From assembly GCA_964035545.1 (NCBI GenBank), contig OZ037765.1:620001-684000 (forward strand): a stretch of 64,000 bases of DNA, written 5' to 3'. The position numbers were made by a program, and so were the translations under genes. Positions 40,410 through 55,441 of this stretch are shown here, in pieces. The stretch is from Bugula neritina. Lineage: Eukaryota > Animalia > Bryozoa. Under the pieces are notes generated by a model. It made no database searches. It saw only the letters and a list, made by a program, of their open reading frames with translations, and had not been told where the DNA came from. Every line of letters starts with the position of its first letter. Positions within the stretch are counted from its first letter, which is position 1.

Positions 40410-41968
40410 ATTACAACAGCTCTCTGATTTATAAATAGCCTCGGTTTGTTTATTTGCTAGTTTTTCTTGTATAGCTTCAATCTCAATTTTTGAAAAACAA
40501 AAAGTAAAAATAGCAGTTTACAGTCCGGAATAATATTTTAATTTCAAATTATTCAATATATATATGAATTAATTTCTAAGAATTAAAGAATAAGGTATAG
40601 TAAGACAAAGATCTTGCATGATATTTCAACATGTGAGTAGATAAGTAAGCTCCATATACTTTAAAATAACTTATTAATTAGTGATTAGAAACCTGAGTAT
40701 TCTGTTGGAAATGTTTCATGATTATTTATTTATATAAGATTTTTGTATTATTTGCAAAAATGCTTAGGTTTAGTAGTTGTACATTTTACCTAATAGCAGA
40801 CATTACCAAGCCCTGGGTATATGTGTATATGCAGGTACTTCTCTCACCACATAGTCTGAGTACAGTTATATATTATGCATACAATTACTGCAGCTACTAG
40901 CAAACAAGTGTCTATAGCTAAACCTGCAAGTTTTTAACAACGATGTTACAGAAATATAACAATAGCAAGTTTAAGTATGTGAGAGTAGGAGCTGAGATAT
41001 AAGAGAGAGAAATTAGGTCAGTTGTATTCTATTCACAGGATGGACAACTCCATGACTTTTCCAAGTTAATTTTAAAATTAGTTGACCAAGTATGTGCATG
41101 AAAGTTTAAAGTTCAAACCTACATTTAAACAAATTCTCTTTTAAATACTATTCCTCACAGTCTGTGTATTCACTTTAGATGATGAATAGTAAACTTCCTT
41201 AGTTTCTAATATCTAAACAATTAATTGCAAATCTTTTTAATTGTGCAAACTTTCGTTACTATAACTTTTACCTAAATATTTTAATAAAATGCCTTCATCT
41301 TTTTCACTAGAGTTTCTACAACAATACTGTAAGCAAATTATTTTTGAATTTTAGTTTATAATAAAATCAACTATATTATAGTTCTAATCAAATAAAGTAA
41401 AATTTTGACCATAAGATTAGTGTTTTTAAATTTTTTCTATTACATACCCTCTAGCCTTTTTTATATTACTAAAGATGTTCACTGATACCCGAGAATATCT
41501 TTCAAAAACGTGAAACATAATTATTATATTATCATCTGCATGGGGTCAAGACATGTATTATATGTGGAAAGTCAACTGGTGACCTTCTATAATGCATGTA
41601 TGCATGTTACGTCTTACTTTAATGTTGGTTAACATTATTTCTAAGTAGATTTGAAGTTTTCTAATAACACTGGAGCTGACAGAGGATCTTTTATAGCTCA
41701 TTCATACCTTAGCAACGTGTTACATCTATTGCTGCCAAGGTGCAATTCTGGCATCACTCATTGCCTTATGACCGTCTAATTTTAGCAATGCATTCAGCAT
41801 TCTGCGCGTCTGCTGTAAAAGTTTCCATTCAACGATGAGTCATTTCCATTGGCCGCTTGAGTGCTGGCTGGCTGAGTGTTTCTACCTGTTTTACTGCTAT
41901 TGGTAGGAGAAATTACTTGGCTCATTGAAAATAACATAAGTTTAAAAAATTATACCATTTTATTAATA

Positions 41969-42830
41969 CTGCAGGCTAAAGCGTCTTAATGGTTGTGGCT
42001 ATAAATCATGTTTGTAAATGCATCTAAATGATGCAAATTATTCTTTTGTTGGTAAAGGTAAGTTGGTTAACTTACATAGTAGATTCCGCTTAATTATAAT
42101 GCTAGTAAATCTATAGCTAAATTAATCTAGTAAATCTGAACCAATAATGAGACTCTTTACCAGCTGCTGATAAGGAGATAACTCCACAGTGAAGGGGTAA
42201 AACAATTCCCACCATTATATACATAATTATATCTAATAAATATCAGTCTAATCTTTTCTCAAACAAATGAAGCTCTCATGATTAAAAGGTATGAATAAGC
42301 AGCTACAAATTATAATTACACATTGTTTATTCTACTGATCTGTAACTTTTGGGTCAACTTGCTGTTAGTCATAAGGCCTACAAATAGCTTCGCTGAAATT
42401 TATAGTTTAACATACATTTATATATAATGCCTAAAATAGTTTTCAGCAAGAAATAATGCAGGTTATTATCTTTATTTTGTAGCTGAAATGTCTCTATATA
42501 TTCATGAAAATACAGATCTCACGCATTTAAAACTTAAGTTTTCAATGAATTGGATTCAAAATTAGCTCAACAAATTAGTCTAAATACAAAGCTTAGGCTT
42601 TTAGTGTTGATGAAAAAATGAACTGATGTGCAGCAATTTCAAGACATTCTTTAGACAGTTTCTGAATTTTTTAAATTTTTGTTATTTTATATCATTTTAC
42701 AGCCAACTCCAAGTACTACAAAATGGCAATTGAAATTGTTCCCACAGTTTCTTAAAAAACAAAATTGTCAAGTTTTGGAAATTATAGCAGAAATCTCTTT
42801 TCTTTTGTAGCTGATTGATTGTGTGATATA
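41969..42830 (+). repeat. Segmental duplication, copy 1 (upstream of Lys6)
   Basis: Highly similar to 50858-51765; looser similarity extends ~0.9 kb further upstream. Confidence 0.9.
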
Positions 42831-45580
42831 TTAGTTTTGCATTATTACATGTAAATTGAAATAATACTCAGTATGAAAATGACTTATACTGGTAGAGCTT
42901 CAGCTACAGTTTAGAGCCTTCATCACTTTGATTGTTTACTTTATGGTTTTGCTCTATATATCAGGTGAATCATAGCTATCAGTTCGTCCCCTTACAATTC
43001 TCATCATGCAATGGATTTTTCATTGGATGCAGGGGGAATATATAGTGTCAATGGAATAAAGCCACAACCATCGGAACGTGTGGTTTTTCATTTCATGTAA
43101 TCCGTACGAAGCATCCTGTATATAGATCCATTCGATGCATGAAGACGTGGTGTAAGTATGAGTCAGTTATTGCAGTAGAAATGCAACATTGCATGAAAAA
43201 ACAAGTTCAGAAAAATTGTTGCACCATCGTTGTTTATTTGTTTCAGTGTAAAATCTGTCACTCTTTTACGCAATAAACAACACGATGCAACCCTGCTCAG
43301 CTTTTATCAATAAATATTATACCTATATTATATTCATTACACAATTTAATATACAATTCAATGGCTCTTTGTGCTTATTATCATTAAACAAAGCCCCAAA
43401 CATGCCCCAAACATTTTTTAATATACGCATATAATGAATATGTACTAAAACTTAGTACATGAAACATTTTATTATAGCTAGTAATAAAAAGGTTTTTTAA
43501 TATTTCCTACATCTATTCATTGAGATGAGTTGCATGAATATCATCTACTATTTCGAAGCTGCGCAGACATGATTTCTTTTACTTGCGTTGAAATGGACTT
43601 TGTTCTGTCTGCAATATTTGTTTGTAAAAGTCACGAGCTGTCACCAAGCTGTCACCAAGCTGTTTGTTATGCAGATGTAAAACTCCCAGCAACCACAAAC
43701 AACTGTGCAAGAGCAAAAGCATTTCACAATATATTTGTTGTGAGTAAGCAAGCATATTATCTATTTCAAAATAGCTATTTAAATTTGCCAAATAAAAAAG
43801 TTTGATGCTTTTGCAGCAAAATTACTTTTTGCACTGATACTGCTAAACCATAGAGAGTGCAGTAAAAAAAAGGTATAAGGGTATTATGTGAGATATAACA
43901 ACAATTGTTGATTTCACAAAAAGTGACACTTATAATTTAAGGATAAAAAGCAGACAGCTTATTTCCTTTCATTTCAACAAAAAACATCTTTCCACCAGCT
44001 TAATGTACAAACGTATGATTGATTGTTTAATCATTGATTATATAGAAAAGACTTCACTGGGCAGTTTCTAGCCTGAGTGCTCAAATTAATGAAGTGTGGG
44101 TGCTCTTGATTATGAGCCGCAACATAGAAATTGTTGACCTAGATTTTTAAGGGTAATATATTATAAACTATAAATTGTATGAACACACTACACGCTGTAA
44201 ATTTCTGTTTTGTTTTGTGAGCTTATATATATATAGTATATGCAAGAGGAAATACAAAAAATAATAGCTTTGAATTATATCAGGGAAGTTGTGCGACATA
44301 ACGGTCAACTTTTTCCAGAAATTTCTTAGCACGTGATCATGAGACTTAATTTAAATAATAATAGCATGATATGCTATAGAAGGAGTGAAGGCTAGTATCT
44401 CAGTTGTAGGAGTATCTCAGTTGTAGTTCCTATTACTTTACTCAACTGCATGCCAGCTAAACTCAATTATAAACAGGGCAGATCTTCGTGAAAACCTGAA
44501 AGCAGTTGAGACGGATCGGTGCAGATTTCTAGAAATTGAAAAAAACCACGTGTTCTAAATTAGATATGTAACAAAACCTCATTGTTCTTGTGAAAATGTC
44601 AACCTTAGCCCCAAACCAAAACTTGATAAAAAATTAAAGATCTTTGGCTATTAAAATCCTTCATCTGTACTGCATCTGAATGTTGAGCATGTCTGAGTCT
44701 TGAATGTTTTGTTTCAACCATGCATAGGCTAAGTTTATTTAAATCTATTAATGCCTCATTCACACTACAGCAAAAAGTGGACATTCATTTTTGATATTGA
44801 TCAATATGTCTATCTAGCTGTTGTATCGTCGCTGTCTGAGTTAAGACTGCAGAAACCTATATGTGTTTGGGCGTTGAATGTCTTATAGTGATGAATTAAT
44901 GTTATCGGTTTTAGCTGACTGTAGGCTGACTGCGTTTTTCTATACTGCTAAATAAACCATTTTTTATTCAATAATTGAGTGTTTTCAATGTTTAATACTA
45001 CAAAGATTCTCTTATAACATCTGTAATTTAAGTACAGAAATGTCTATAGTGGTGTAGCTTAAATTATTAAAATGAATTATTAAACCAATTAAAATTTCTG
45101 TTGCTCTTGTATAGCATGATGTTTGAGAATTTTGTTTGCAGCAAACCTGGATACTTTAGAAATTGTTTATAATTATAGTTCAATAAATTTATTGCATTAT
45201 ACAGAGCTATATGTACTGTATTGTTATTTGATTCAAAACATCTTTTCTGCAGTGTAAAAGGTCAACAGTGTTACACCATGCAACCATGCAACCATGCAAT
45301 TCCAACTTATAGATACAAACTATAAACACTGTTTTCTGTTATATGCTTTAACTTTTCCAAGAAACCCAAGCAATAAATAAACAGCTGTGTAATATTGCAA
45401 CCACCTAAGCAATATGTCAAACAATATGTCAGTTCACAAAATCTCGTCTGCTGATTGGTTGCTTAACAATATAAAAGGAGCTGCACAAACTGAACTTACC
45501 ATCAGCTTAGATACCTTCAACCACCTGCTATAGCACCAACTGAGCTTGTCACCTTCAACCACCTGTCTCTGCCTGCCAAC

Positions 45581-47654
45581 ATGCATCTGTCTGTAGCTGT
45601 GTTGGTTTGTCTATCTCTTGCTTTTGTCACCCAGACTCAAGGAATCGTAAGTAACACTCACTATTTATGAAAAGAAAATTATTTATATTCTTTTTTAGCA
45701 ATAACTATATTTAATTTTTCTTAAAATTTTATCCTCGTTGCTATATGTTAATAATATGATTTCATATTGTTGCAACAATATTATATATAGCTCTATAATA
45801 TAGTATAATTATATACACCTAATAAACCCTAAATATGTCCACTATTTATTCACTTTGCAGATATTTATCCCAACATGCAACCTTCCTCTTTCTCCAAACA
45901 TTGTCGTTATTTTTTCTAACTATAAAACTACTTCTGAACTATACAGTTCTTTTTTACATTCCCTATAAATGGTATGCATGTGTAAATTAAAAATGAAGAT
46001 ATAATAAAATGTATTTGATGCACATGTATCAAACTGCTCTTCAACATTTATACCTATAAGCAATATATGGATACAATGTTGCAAAATATTATTTAGAGCT
46101 TCTTTTTTCAGCTACAGATTATATATCTATACTCTCAGAGCTTTTCTCTCTCTTAATTTATTTTCAATGATAATGTTGCACAGTTTGAATTCCCAGTCTC
46201 TTAAGCTGTTCAAATAGCAACATATTATATAGGCATAATTTTGCATTTATTCAGTTTCGTATATGAATTTTCTAATCTGTTTTGGTTTTTTGCGTGCCCC
46301 ATTGCACTTTTTCTCTATATATGATTTGGAATAAAAACGCTTAATGTTTTGTGATCCCAAATAAAACTGAAGTTATATTTTTAAAATAATACACCCTATA
46401 TAAATATACTTTTATTGATTTTTATTTTAGTAAGCAATGCTTGTCTGGATTGTATTGGCCAGGTAAGTTACATGTATACAGCATCTATTTACTATAACTT
46501 ACTTACTAACATGAACTAACTTTTATTTAATGCAAATATACTGTTAGCAAAAATATATGATAAAGAGAACTATAATAAAACCAAATGCATATATAAACCT
46601 CAATAAGATAAAGTGTTTGTGTTTCAGTTAGAGGGTGGTGGAAGTGGATGTAATCTAGACTTAGGCTCTCTCTCATGCGGACTATACCAGATAAAGGAGT
46701 CGTACTACATTGACTGTGGTAGCCCTGGAACTGGTGAGATATAGACTTCATACTGCAGTTGTATAGCTAACTTTTTGCTAGATTATCTAGTTAAAGTATG
46801 TCAAAATATTAATGTGATTATAGCACAGAATACTATATCTTAAAATATTCAGCCACAATTTATGCTTTTGACATATTATAGTTGTCATGGTGAGTAGAAA
46901 TATAAATACGTCATGCACAAATATTGTAGTGCAACTTAATTGACAAAGTTATAAATTTTAGCTATAAATAGTTTTTCACCAAAATTAGTATATAATCTTT
47001 TTGGTGTTATTAGAATCTGCAAAAGGATTAGAGTTAATAGCATTTTAGATACAATATATTATAATAATATCATTAGCTTTTTTGCCTATATTATAGTATT
47101 TTATATACTAGCTGCCAGCTGGGAACCACGTTTGGGGTTTACGACAAATCGAAGCACGTAAAATTATGAACTTTTTATAAACATATATTATGAAAAAGTA
47201 AATGGCAAATTTCCAAGACATTATTTCCAGTCTATATAATGTTGGTTAGCATCATGCACTGTGTGTAATGTTTATATAACAATAAAATGAATGATCTGCA
47301 ATTACAATATTATATAACGTATAAAGAACTTTTAATAATCTAGATTTTAGTAACTTATAAACCAGGTTAGAGAGTGTTTTCCTTTCTGTCTACATTAATG
47401 CTGTCTTTGAAAGGATGGAAGAGTTGCGCTGCCAGTGACTCATGCGCGCTGCCAGTGACTCATGCGCGAGAGGATGCATTCAGAGCTACATGTCCAGATA
47501 TGGAGGTACGTGTGCCAGTCAACTCGGGAAATCCATTAGTCAGCTGACCTGTCAAGACTACGGCAGACTTCACAACGGGGGACCTAATGGGTGCAGCAGA
47601 TCTTTTACTATCAGCTATGCTGCTAAAATAGCATCTCAGTGTGGACTGAGTTAA
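45581..47654 (+). pseudogene. Lys6: full-length i-type lysozyme with two frame-disrupting lesions; exons 45581-45646, 46431-46462, 46628-46733, 47414-47654
   Basis: LEGGGSGCNLDLGSLSCGLYQIKESYYIDCG...HNGGPNGC. Exon 1 ends GGAATC|gtaagt, one G short of Lys7 GGAATCG|gtaagt, which puts TAA in frame at exon 2. Exon 4 carries a 20-bp tandem duplication of GCGCTGCCAGTGACTCATGC. Confidence 0.85.
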
Positions 47655-48029
47655 TATACTTAATTTGCGTTCATATCGTCTGATATACTCCAGTAGAGTA
47701 CCCACTCCTTTGAATCAATCAATCATGATTATAGAAGTCATAAATTTATGCTGTCGTAATGTTTTATTATTATTTGATTATATATAACACCTAATTATAT
47801 AAAAGAATTAATTTGAGTGCTTTTTGCTTATTTATAACAGCTTATAAAAACAACTATATACTTTAAATATGTTTTGATTTTTGAAGTAAAAATAAAACGA
47901 TTGCAAAATTTTTGAAGCTTTTTTCCTTAAACTCTAAAATAATGGAGCAATCCTTTTTATTAACATTTAATATTTAAAGCAGTTAGTTTTATTACTAATG
48001 TAAGACATAATAAGTATAACTGATAGAGT

Positions 48030-48470
48030 ATCTATATTCTATTTTCTATACTATATTATACTATCTGTTTTATATTCTATAATACTATAACATGTTATTG
48101 TATAATACTATATATTGTATATTCTATATATACTATACTATATATTGTATATAATATACTACTATATATTGTTCATTCTATACTACTATATATTGTATAT
48201 TATATACTACTATATATATTGTATACTCTATACTACTATATATAGTAGGTATATTATATACTACTATATATTGTATATTCTATGCTACTATATATTGTAT
48301 ATTATATACTACTACATACTGTATATTATATACTATTATATATTGTATATTATATACTACTATATATTCTATATTATATACTACTATATATAGTATATTA
48401 TATATACTACTATATATTCTATAATATACTACTATATATTCTATAATATACTACTATATATTGTATACTA
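48030..48470. repeat. AT-rich minisatellite (TATACTACTATATATTGTATAT-type)
   Basis: Direct inspection; source of spurious Y/I-rich ORFs. Confidence 0.9.
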
Positions 48471-48754
48471 AGATAAGGTCATCATACTGATTCAATCCCT
48501 TTTAGTAGCTGTCTTATATAATTATCAAACATGTCAAACTGCCACAGCATGAAAGTATAATAATGGCATTCATGGCAGAATAAAGACATCTAAAAGGAAA
48601 GACAAACACTAACTGGTTGCCACTAACAGAAATATTATTGAGTATAAATGATAACTAATTGCAAGAAAATTACACAATGCAAAAATATGTTCATATAAGT
48701 CAATTTTGTATCACAGCTACTACAGACACCCAATAAATAATATATGATAGAGAA

Positions 48755-49005
48755 ATACCTGCAGTACTACCTGTATACTGTATATACCAGTACAGTGTAC
48801 TCAGTATATTTACTGGTATACAGTACTACCTACAGTACTACCTGTATACTGTATATACCAGTACAGTGTACTCAGTATATCTACTGGTATACAGTACTAC
48901 CTGCAGTACTACCTGTATACTGTATATACCAGTACAGTGTACTCAGTATATCTACTGGTATACAGTATACTACCTGTATACTGTATACCAGTACAGTGTA
49001 CTCAG
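48755..49005. repeat. Minisatellite, ~70-bp unit (CTACCTGTATACTGTATATACCAGTACAGTGTACTCAG...)
   Basis: About 3.5 tandem copies. Confidence 0.9.
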
Positions 49006-49161
49006 TGTGTAAGAGATATTAGCAATTAATTAAGTTTAGTTTACTGATCCTATTTAGCTGATGATTTATTAAACTATTTCCTACTTATGTACAGCCGGAT
49101 GGTGATCAGAAATTTTCAACTGATATTTGCACTATAATGGGAAATAATAGTTGGTGGCTGC

Positions 49162-49618
49162 AATAGACCCTTTTCAGAGGTTTCCAATGTCTCCCCTTAC
49201 AATTAAGAGTTGTGGTCTCCCAAAATGAAATTTGTTGAGTAAAATAGACTTGAACTCATTTTTGTGGTTTCGTTTGTTAAGCAATGCTGAAGTGCCACTT
49301 TAACATTGCTCAGTAAATAAGCCACACAAATGCTTTCAAGTTTATTTCCATCAAAGTTATCCATGTACTTTAAATTTTTTTTGAACTGCTAATATGTGTG
49401 TTTATACCAAAACATCTATATCATGTAAGAACAATTCTATAGCATAATTTAAATTTTAAGTAGAAGCCAAACTTTAAATTTTTAATGAGTTTGCTCTTTA
49501 TACGAAGGTTCAACCTATTTACTTTGGGAGGACGCAACTCTTAATTGTGAAGGAGATATCAGAGACACTGAACTGAAACTATAGTTCAATGATCAGGGAC
49601 CTCTGAAAAGGGTCTATT
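49162..49618. mobile_element. MITE with 20-bp perfect TIRs
   Basis: AATAGACCCTTTTCAGAGGT / ACCTCTGAAAAGGGTCTATT plus subterminal ACAATTAAGAGTTG / CAACTCTTAATTGT; possible 2-bp AT TSD. Confidence 0.8.
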
Positions 49619-50857
49619 CATGTAAAACTGGCCAAATATTCAAAATTTATCTAAAGATTTTTTTTATATGTTTATATAAAAAGTAGTTTCTATGTGTAAC
49701 TAGAATAGTTATTTAGTAAAAAATCTCAAGACTTCAAAATCGTGCACAGTTTTGCTTGTTTGTATATTATCTAAAAGTAATTTTTAAAATAACTTTGGTT
49801 TGGAGCTGCAGGCATAGATAAAATTATTATTGATACAATTGCAGCTTATATATACTGATAAAACGCAGCTTTTAGCTTAACCTAGCTGTAAGTTTCTAAA
49901 AAAGACATTGCAGAAAAATACAGCAATAATAAATATGTAAGGGTAAGGAATGAGCTGTATAAGGGATATAGGAATTACAATTATACTTTGTTCATATAGA
50001 ATGGAAACTCACATTCAGCTATTTCAATTTGATACAAAACTAATTGGCTAACTACGTGAAAGTTCAAATTTAAATTCAAAATTGGCAAAAACCAGTTTTC
50101 TCTTTAAATACTCTTATAATAGAAGCTATTTCATGATTTAAATTATACAAACATAAAATTCAAAGTTTAAACATAAAACTTTCTAAAATTATAATCTCTA
50201 AACATTTAGTTTTTTTTATTGAAATATTTCAATATTTTAATAAATGCCTTCATTTCTTCTCATTATAATATTTCCATACCTAATAATATATTGAATACAA
50301 ACTTAGTTTTTTAAATGAATTGTAGTGTCAGCATTATAGCTACACGCAATAGAATCAATTATATATACATATATATATTTATATAAAGTAGTTTTGACCA
50401 CAAAATTCATAAATTTAAAAATCTTTCACTTTCTAGCATTTTTATGCTACTGGAAATGTTTAAATATCGTTCAAAGAGGAAAAATGTTGCATCATTATCT
50501 GAGGTCAAACGTATTGAACATTTTTGATGTGAACACATTATAGAAAGTTAACTGGTTAAATTAATGTCAAGTTTTTTAATAACATGTGAGATGACAGTTC
50601 AGACTTTAGCAGTACACGAACTTTTATTGCTGTTGCACGTTGTACAATTTCTGCGTCATTCATTATATCACAGCTATCTAATTCTATAGCATTATATCTA
50701 GTTACAGCTTAATGCAATCAGCATTTGATAATTCAATTAAACAAGTTGCTTAACCAGTCTTTTCATTGTTTGCTGTTCAAGCTCTAATTGGCTGATTACT
50801 TCTATTTGTTGCATTGCTAATAGCTAGAATAACTTTTGTTCATGGGCTGTATTAAAT

Positions 50858-51765
50858 CTGCAGGCTAAAGTACCTTAATGGTTGTGGCTATAAATCATGT
50901 TTGTAAATCCATCTAAATGATGCAAATTATTCTTTTGTTGGTAAAGGTAAGTTGTTTAACTTACATAGTAGATTCCGCTTAATTATAATGCTAGTAAATC
51001 TATAGTTAAATTATTCTAGTAAATCTGAACCAATAATGAGACTCTTTACCAGCTGCTGATAAGGAGATAACTCCACAGTGAAGGGGTAAAATAATTCCCA
51101 CCATTATATATTATATCTAATAAATATCAGTCTAATCTTTTCTCAAACAAATGAAACTCTTATGATTAAAAGGTATGAATAAACAGCTGCAAATTATAAT
51201 TACACATTGTTTATTCTACTGATCTGTAACTTTTGGGTCAACTTGTTATTAGTCATAAGGCCTATAAATAGCTTCGCTGAAATTTATAGTTTACCATGCA
51301 TTTATATATAATGCCTAAAATAGTATTCGGCAAGAATTACTGCAGGTTAAACAATACACGTATATAGTATACTCAGCAACACATGTTTGTTTCAATGATT
51401 ATTATTTTTATTTTGTAGCTGAAATGTCTCTATACATTCATGGAAATACAGATCTCACGTATTTAAAACTTAAGTTTTCAATAAGTCGGATTCAAAATTA
51501 GCTCAATGAATTAGTCTAAATATACAAAGTTTAGGCTCTTGTTGATGAAAAAATGAACTGATGTGCAGCAATTTCAAAACATACTTTAGACAGTGTCTAA
51601 ATCCTCTTAATTTTTTCCATTTTATATTATTTCACAGCCACCTCTAATTATTATAAAAATTCATTTGAAAGTGTTCTTACAGTTTTTTAAAAATTGATAC
51701 TGTCAAGTTTTAGAAACTATAGCAGGAATTTCCTTTCTTTTATAACTTATTGATTGAGTGATATG
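50858..51765 (+). repeat. Segmental duplication, copy 2 (upstream of Lys7)
   Basis: Highly similar to 41969-42830. Confidence 0.9.
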
Positions 51766-52879
51766 ATTAAACTATGTAACATTGTATGACTGTTCTCTAT
51801 GTGTATTCTTTAGCAATTGTTGATAACTTTACTCGTGTAGAATTATAAATATAAAATAAAGATTTGCTTTAAACACTACCTTACTTTGGTTTCTCTCACA
51901 AACTTTGTATAGTAGGTTATGAACTAGTAATCCATATGTACAATAATATCCCAGTATATTACCTACTTAATTTATGTACAAAATAATTAATAAATGTTTT
52001 ACAATCTGTCGATAGAAAATAAATTTTGCTTTAAAAATTTTGTGCATGCAATCCAGCTTGCATTCAAATACAGACAAATGTTTATTTATGGTTTGGCTAG
52101 GCAATATTCTTTATGTATAAACAATATGTGTGGTTCTAATTGTATTGTTCAATGGTAGCACTCAGGTTATAAATTTCGTGAGACAAATTTAGGACCTGCC
52201 TCTCCGGAAATGAATGAAACTATGAATTCTGTATACGTTTAAAATATCTATTTGGTAATACTATAAAATAAATAATTATTATAAGGGCAATAAAACATTA
52301 TAATAACCAAACCCATGCAAAAGAAATAAAATAAACAAACCCTAGCGGCTCTTTGAAATCTTGCTGTATATAATATACTGGCAACAAAATCGATAAGTCT
52401 TTCAAACATAAATTTGCGTAGCTTCAAAAATCAAACAATTTCAAGATAGTTTCCTTAAACTCAGCTTGTGCAACTCAAAATAAATTACCCAACTTCAACA
52501 ATATATCCCTTCAAGTATGATTTGTGTGACTTTAAAATAAATTTCATAATTGAGCAATAGCTTTTACAAGTATACTTTATACAACAACAAAATAATTAAG
52601 AAAAGATTAATACATTACTTCTAACATGCAGAAACAAAATGGATCAAGTTAAACACTGTAAAGTACCTCAGCCCAAAATACAACGCTTTAATTTAACTAA
52701 CATAAGTTAATTGAGTCACACTATGATTTTTCCAATTGTTGACCAATCGCTGGCTAACTGCTGTTGCTGCCTCTGTGCTGCCTCTGTGCTGCCTCTGTGC
52801 TGCCTCTGTGCTGCCTTGTATAGTCAATCTTCTTGGAGAAGTTTTGGGTTCTCAGGGTATTGGCAATAAATTTAATTTG

Positions 52880-53150
52880 ATTGATCAACAAAGTAAGTTG
52901 CTGGTTGACCCCAGCTTTCAGTTATGACAAAAGTACAGGAGTTGTTGACATGTACTTGTCGGCTTTGATCAACTAAGCATGCAAGTTGCTGGTTGGCCCG
53001 CAGCTTCAGATTAAACAATGCACTAGAAAATGAGTTGTTGATGAGAATCTTTTGGCTTTAATCATATAAAGGTCTTTAAGTTTCATTAGTTATACCAGTA
53101 CTAATTGTATCATGACTCATACTCTAAAATATATGTTTTATAAAAACAAT
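52880..53150. repeat. Inverted homolog of ~39340-39640 (shared far-upstream flank of Lys7 and Lys4)
   Basis: AAGTTGCTGGTTGGCCCGCAGCTTCAGATTAAACAATGCACTAGAAAA matches the reverse complement of ~39460-39508. Confidence 0.85.
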
Positions 53151-53492
53151 CATATAATATGTAATAATATGTATACTAGTTGTTGTTCACTTGTTGACCT
53201 TGTATGAGGTTTTATAAATTAACTATACACCAGATTATATCAAATATGTATGTAGTTCATCAAGCATAATATATAAATATTAAATATCATCCATATGTTA
53301 TAGTAACACCGAAATAACTATATACATCCCAGTTTTATTCACGTTTGTTTACCAAAATATGTTCATGTAAGAAGAGGTTAAAATTACAAATCCCAACACG
53401 TGAACAAAACATGTACATATTATAATTATCTCTATACTAGAATTACATTATATAAGAACATATTATTAAGCATATTATATTTGCATTCTTCA

Positions 53493-53794
53493 CCCCTCAT
53501 TCACACTTACTCGTAGGCGTACCCGTAGGCCGTAATGTAAAGTATCAGCCATTTTTAATGGGTCTGGGACGAAGTTTTCAAAGTCAGCTATTATGTACGA
53601 TCTATTGGACAATTATATTCAATGAGTTAATTATTGCAAAAGTTTTATGTCTTTATAGAAGTCCGCCGCAGCATTTTGACTTAAGCAGTGCTTGATCCTA
53701 ACGTACCGCAACGCCGTACAAGAAGCTAAGACAGTTGTAAAACTAGCTGATATTTGCTGTTACGGCAGATGTTACAGTAAGTGTGAGTAAGGGG
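53493..53794. mobile_element. PIF/Harbinger-like MITE
   Basis: TIRs CCCCTCATTCACACTTAC / GTAAGTGTGAGTAAGGGG flanked by a duplicated TCA (TNA-type 3-bp TSD). Confidence 0.7.
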
Positions 53795-54449
53795 TCAAAG
53801 AGCTAGGAATCATGCGTTTGGTATTTCCATGTAGCATCGTGACGGCTAGCTCATTTAAATTTGTATATTTCGATTTCAGCTGTACTCAAGTAACAAGTCC
53901 ATTGCTTTTAAAATATGTATTCTATATGCTTTCTTGAATTTTGCAGATACAGCTTATAGCCTTATACATACCGTGACAGAGCAGATCTAGAACAATTTAT
54001 AGTTACGTCAACCTGCCACAGCAGTCATCTCACTGAAAGTCTCAATGAGACTGGCCAACCTCAGCACCAACGGAGCCACCTTTCAGCTAGCTGGTGAAAT
54101 ATCCTTAAGGTATAACTTGCAAAATACAAAAGTAAGAAAAAAATATAAAAAGGAGAGAAGACCTCATTATACATCTATAACTATTTACTGTCTCAAAACA
54201 GCTCACATTTTCCTAGAACTTTGACTTTCTGAGAGTTATATTATAATTTACTACCACTATATCAGATTACATTTACTCGGTAAATTATTTACCACGCCTA
54301 GTCTACTCAAATTCTTAACTCTACAATAATCATTACCAGCATATTATTCTCTGTAAATATATTACGTCATTGTACAGTATCTACTCTGCAAAAACACAAA
54401 ACACTACGTATTCTCTGAGCTGACAAATCCCACTATATATATAGGCTAG

Positions 54450-54484
54450 TCACACACACACACACGCACACGCACACGCACACG

Positions 54485-54517
<33 letters not shown>

Positions 54518-54600
54518 ACACGCACACGCACACGCACACGCACACGCACACACGCACACGCACATGCACACGCACACACACACACACACACACATATATA
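54450..54600. repeat. (CA)n/(CACACG)n microsatellite
   Basis: Direct inspection. Confidence 0.95.
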
Positions 54601-54894
54601 TAGCAGGTTTGTTTAAAGTTCTATAATAAGTTAAAGCACGAAGATTTTAATTTGAATTATTATAGAACAAAGCATCATTTCTTAAAATAGTCAGCCATAA
54701 GTATTGTTTTTGACATAATTGATATGATGAGTTGAAGTATAAATATAACAAAGACCCTGTTATAATGTATTTGTTGTTATACATCAGTGTTTTAAGTACA
54801 GAAATGTCTATATATTGGAGTAATTTCTCAAAAATAAATCATTAAACTTAATTTCCATTGCTTTTTTATAACATTATAAGGAGGAAAAATTAAA

Positions 54895-55095
<201 letters not shown>

Positions 55096-55441
55096 TTATC
55101 AGATTTAAAACAACATCCTTTCTGCAATACATAAGGTAACGATATATAACACCGGCTATCTCATTCCTACTTCTAGATACAAACTATATAAAACACTGTT
55201 TTTTGCTATAGGTTTCAGCTTTTTTCATGAAACAAAACAATTAATAAACAACTGCGTAATAGTGCAATCATGCACGTAGGCAATATGTCAAATAACAAAG
55301 TCAGTTGTGTCTCCTGATTGGTTGTTCTACAATATAAAAAGAGCTGCACAAACTGAACTTGCCATCAGTTTAGATACCTTCAACCACCTGCTAGCACTAA
55401 CTGAGCCTGTCACTTTCAACTACCTGTCTCTGCCTGTCAAC

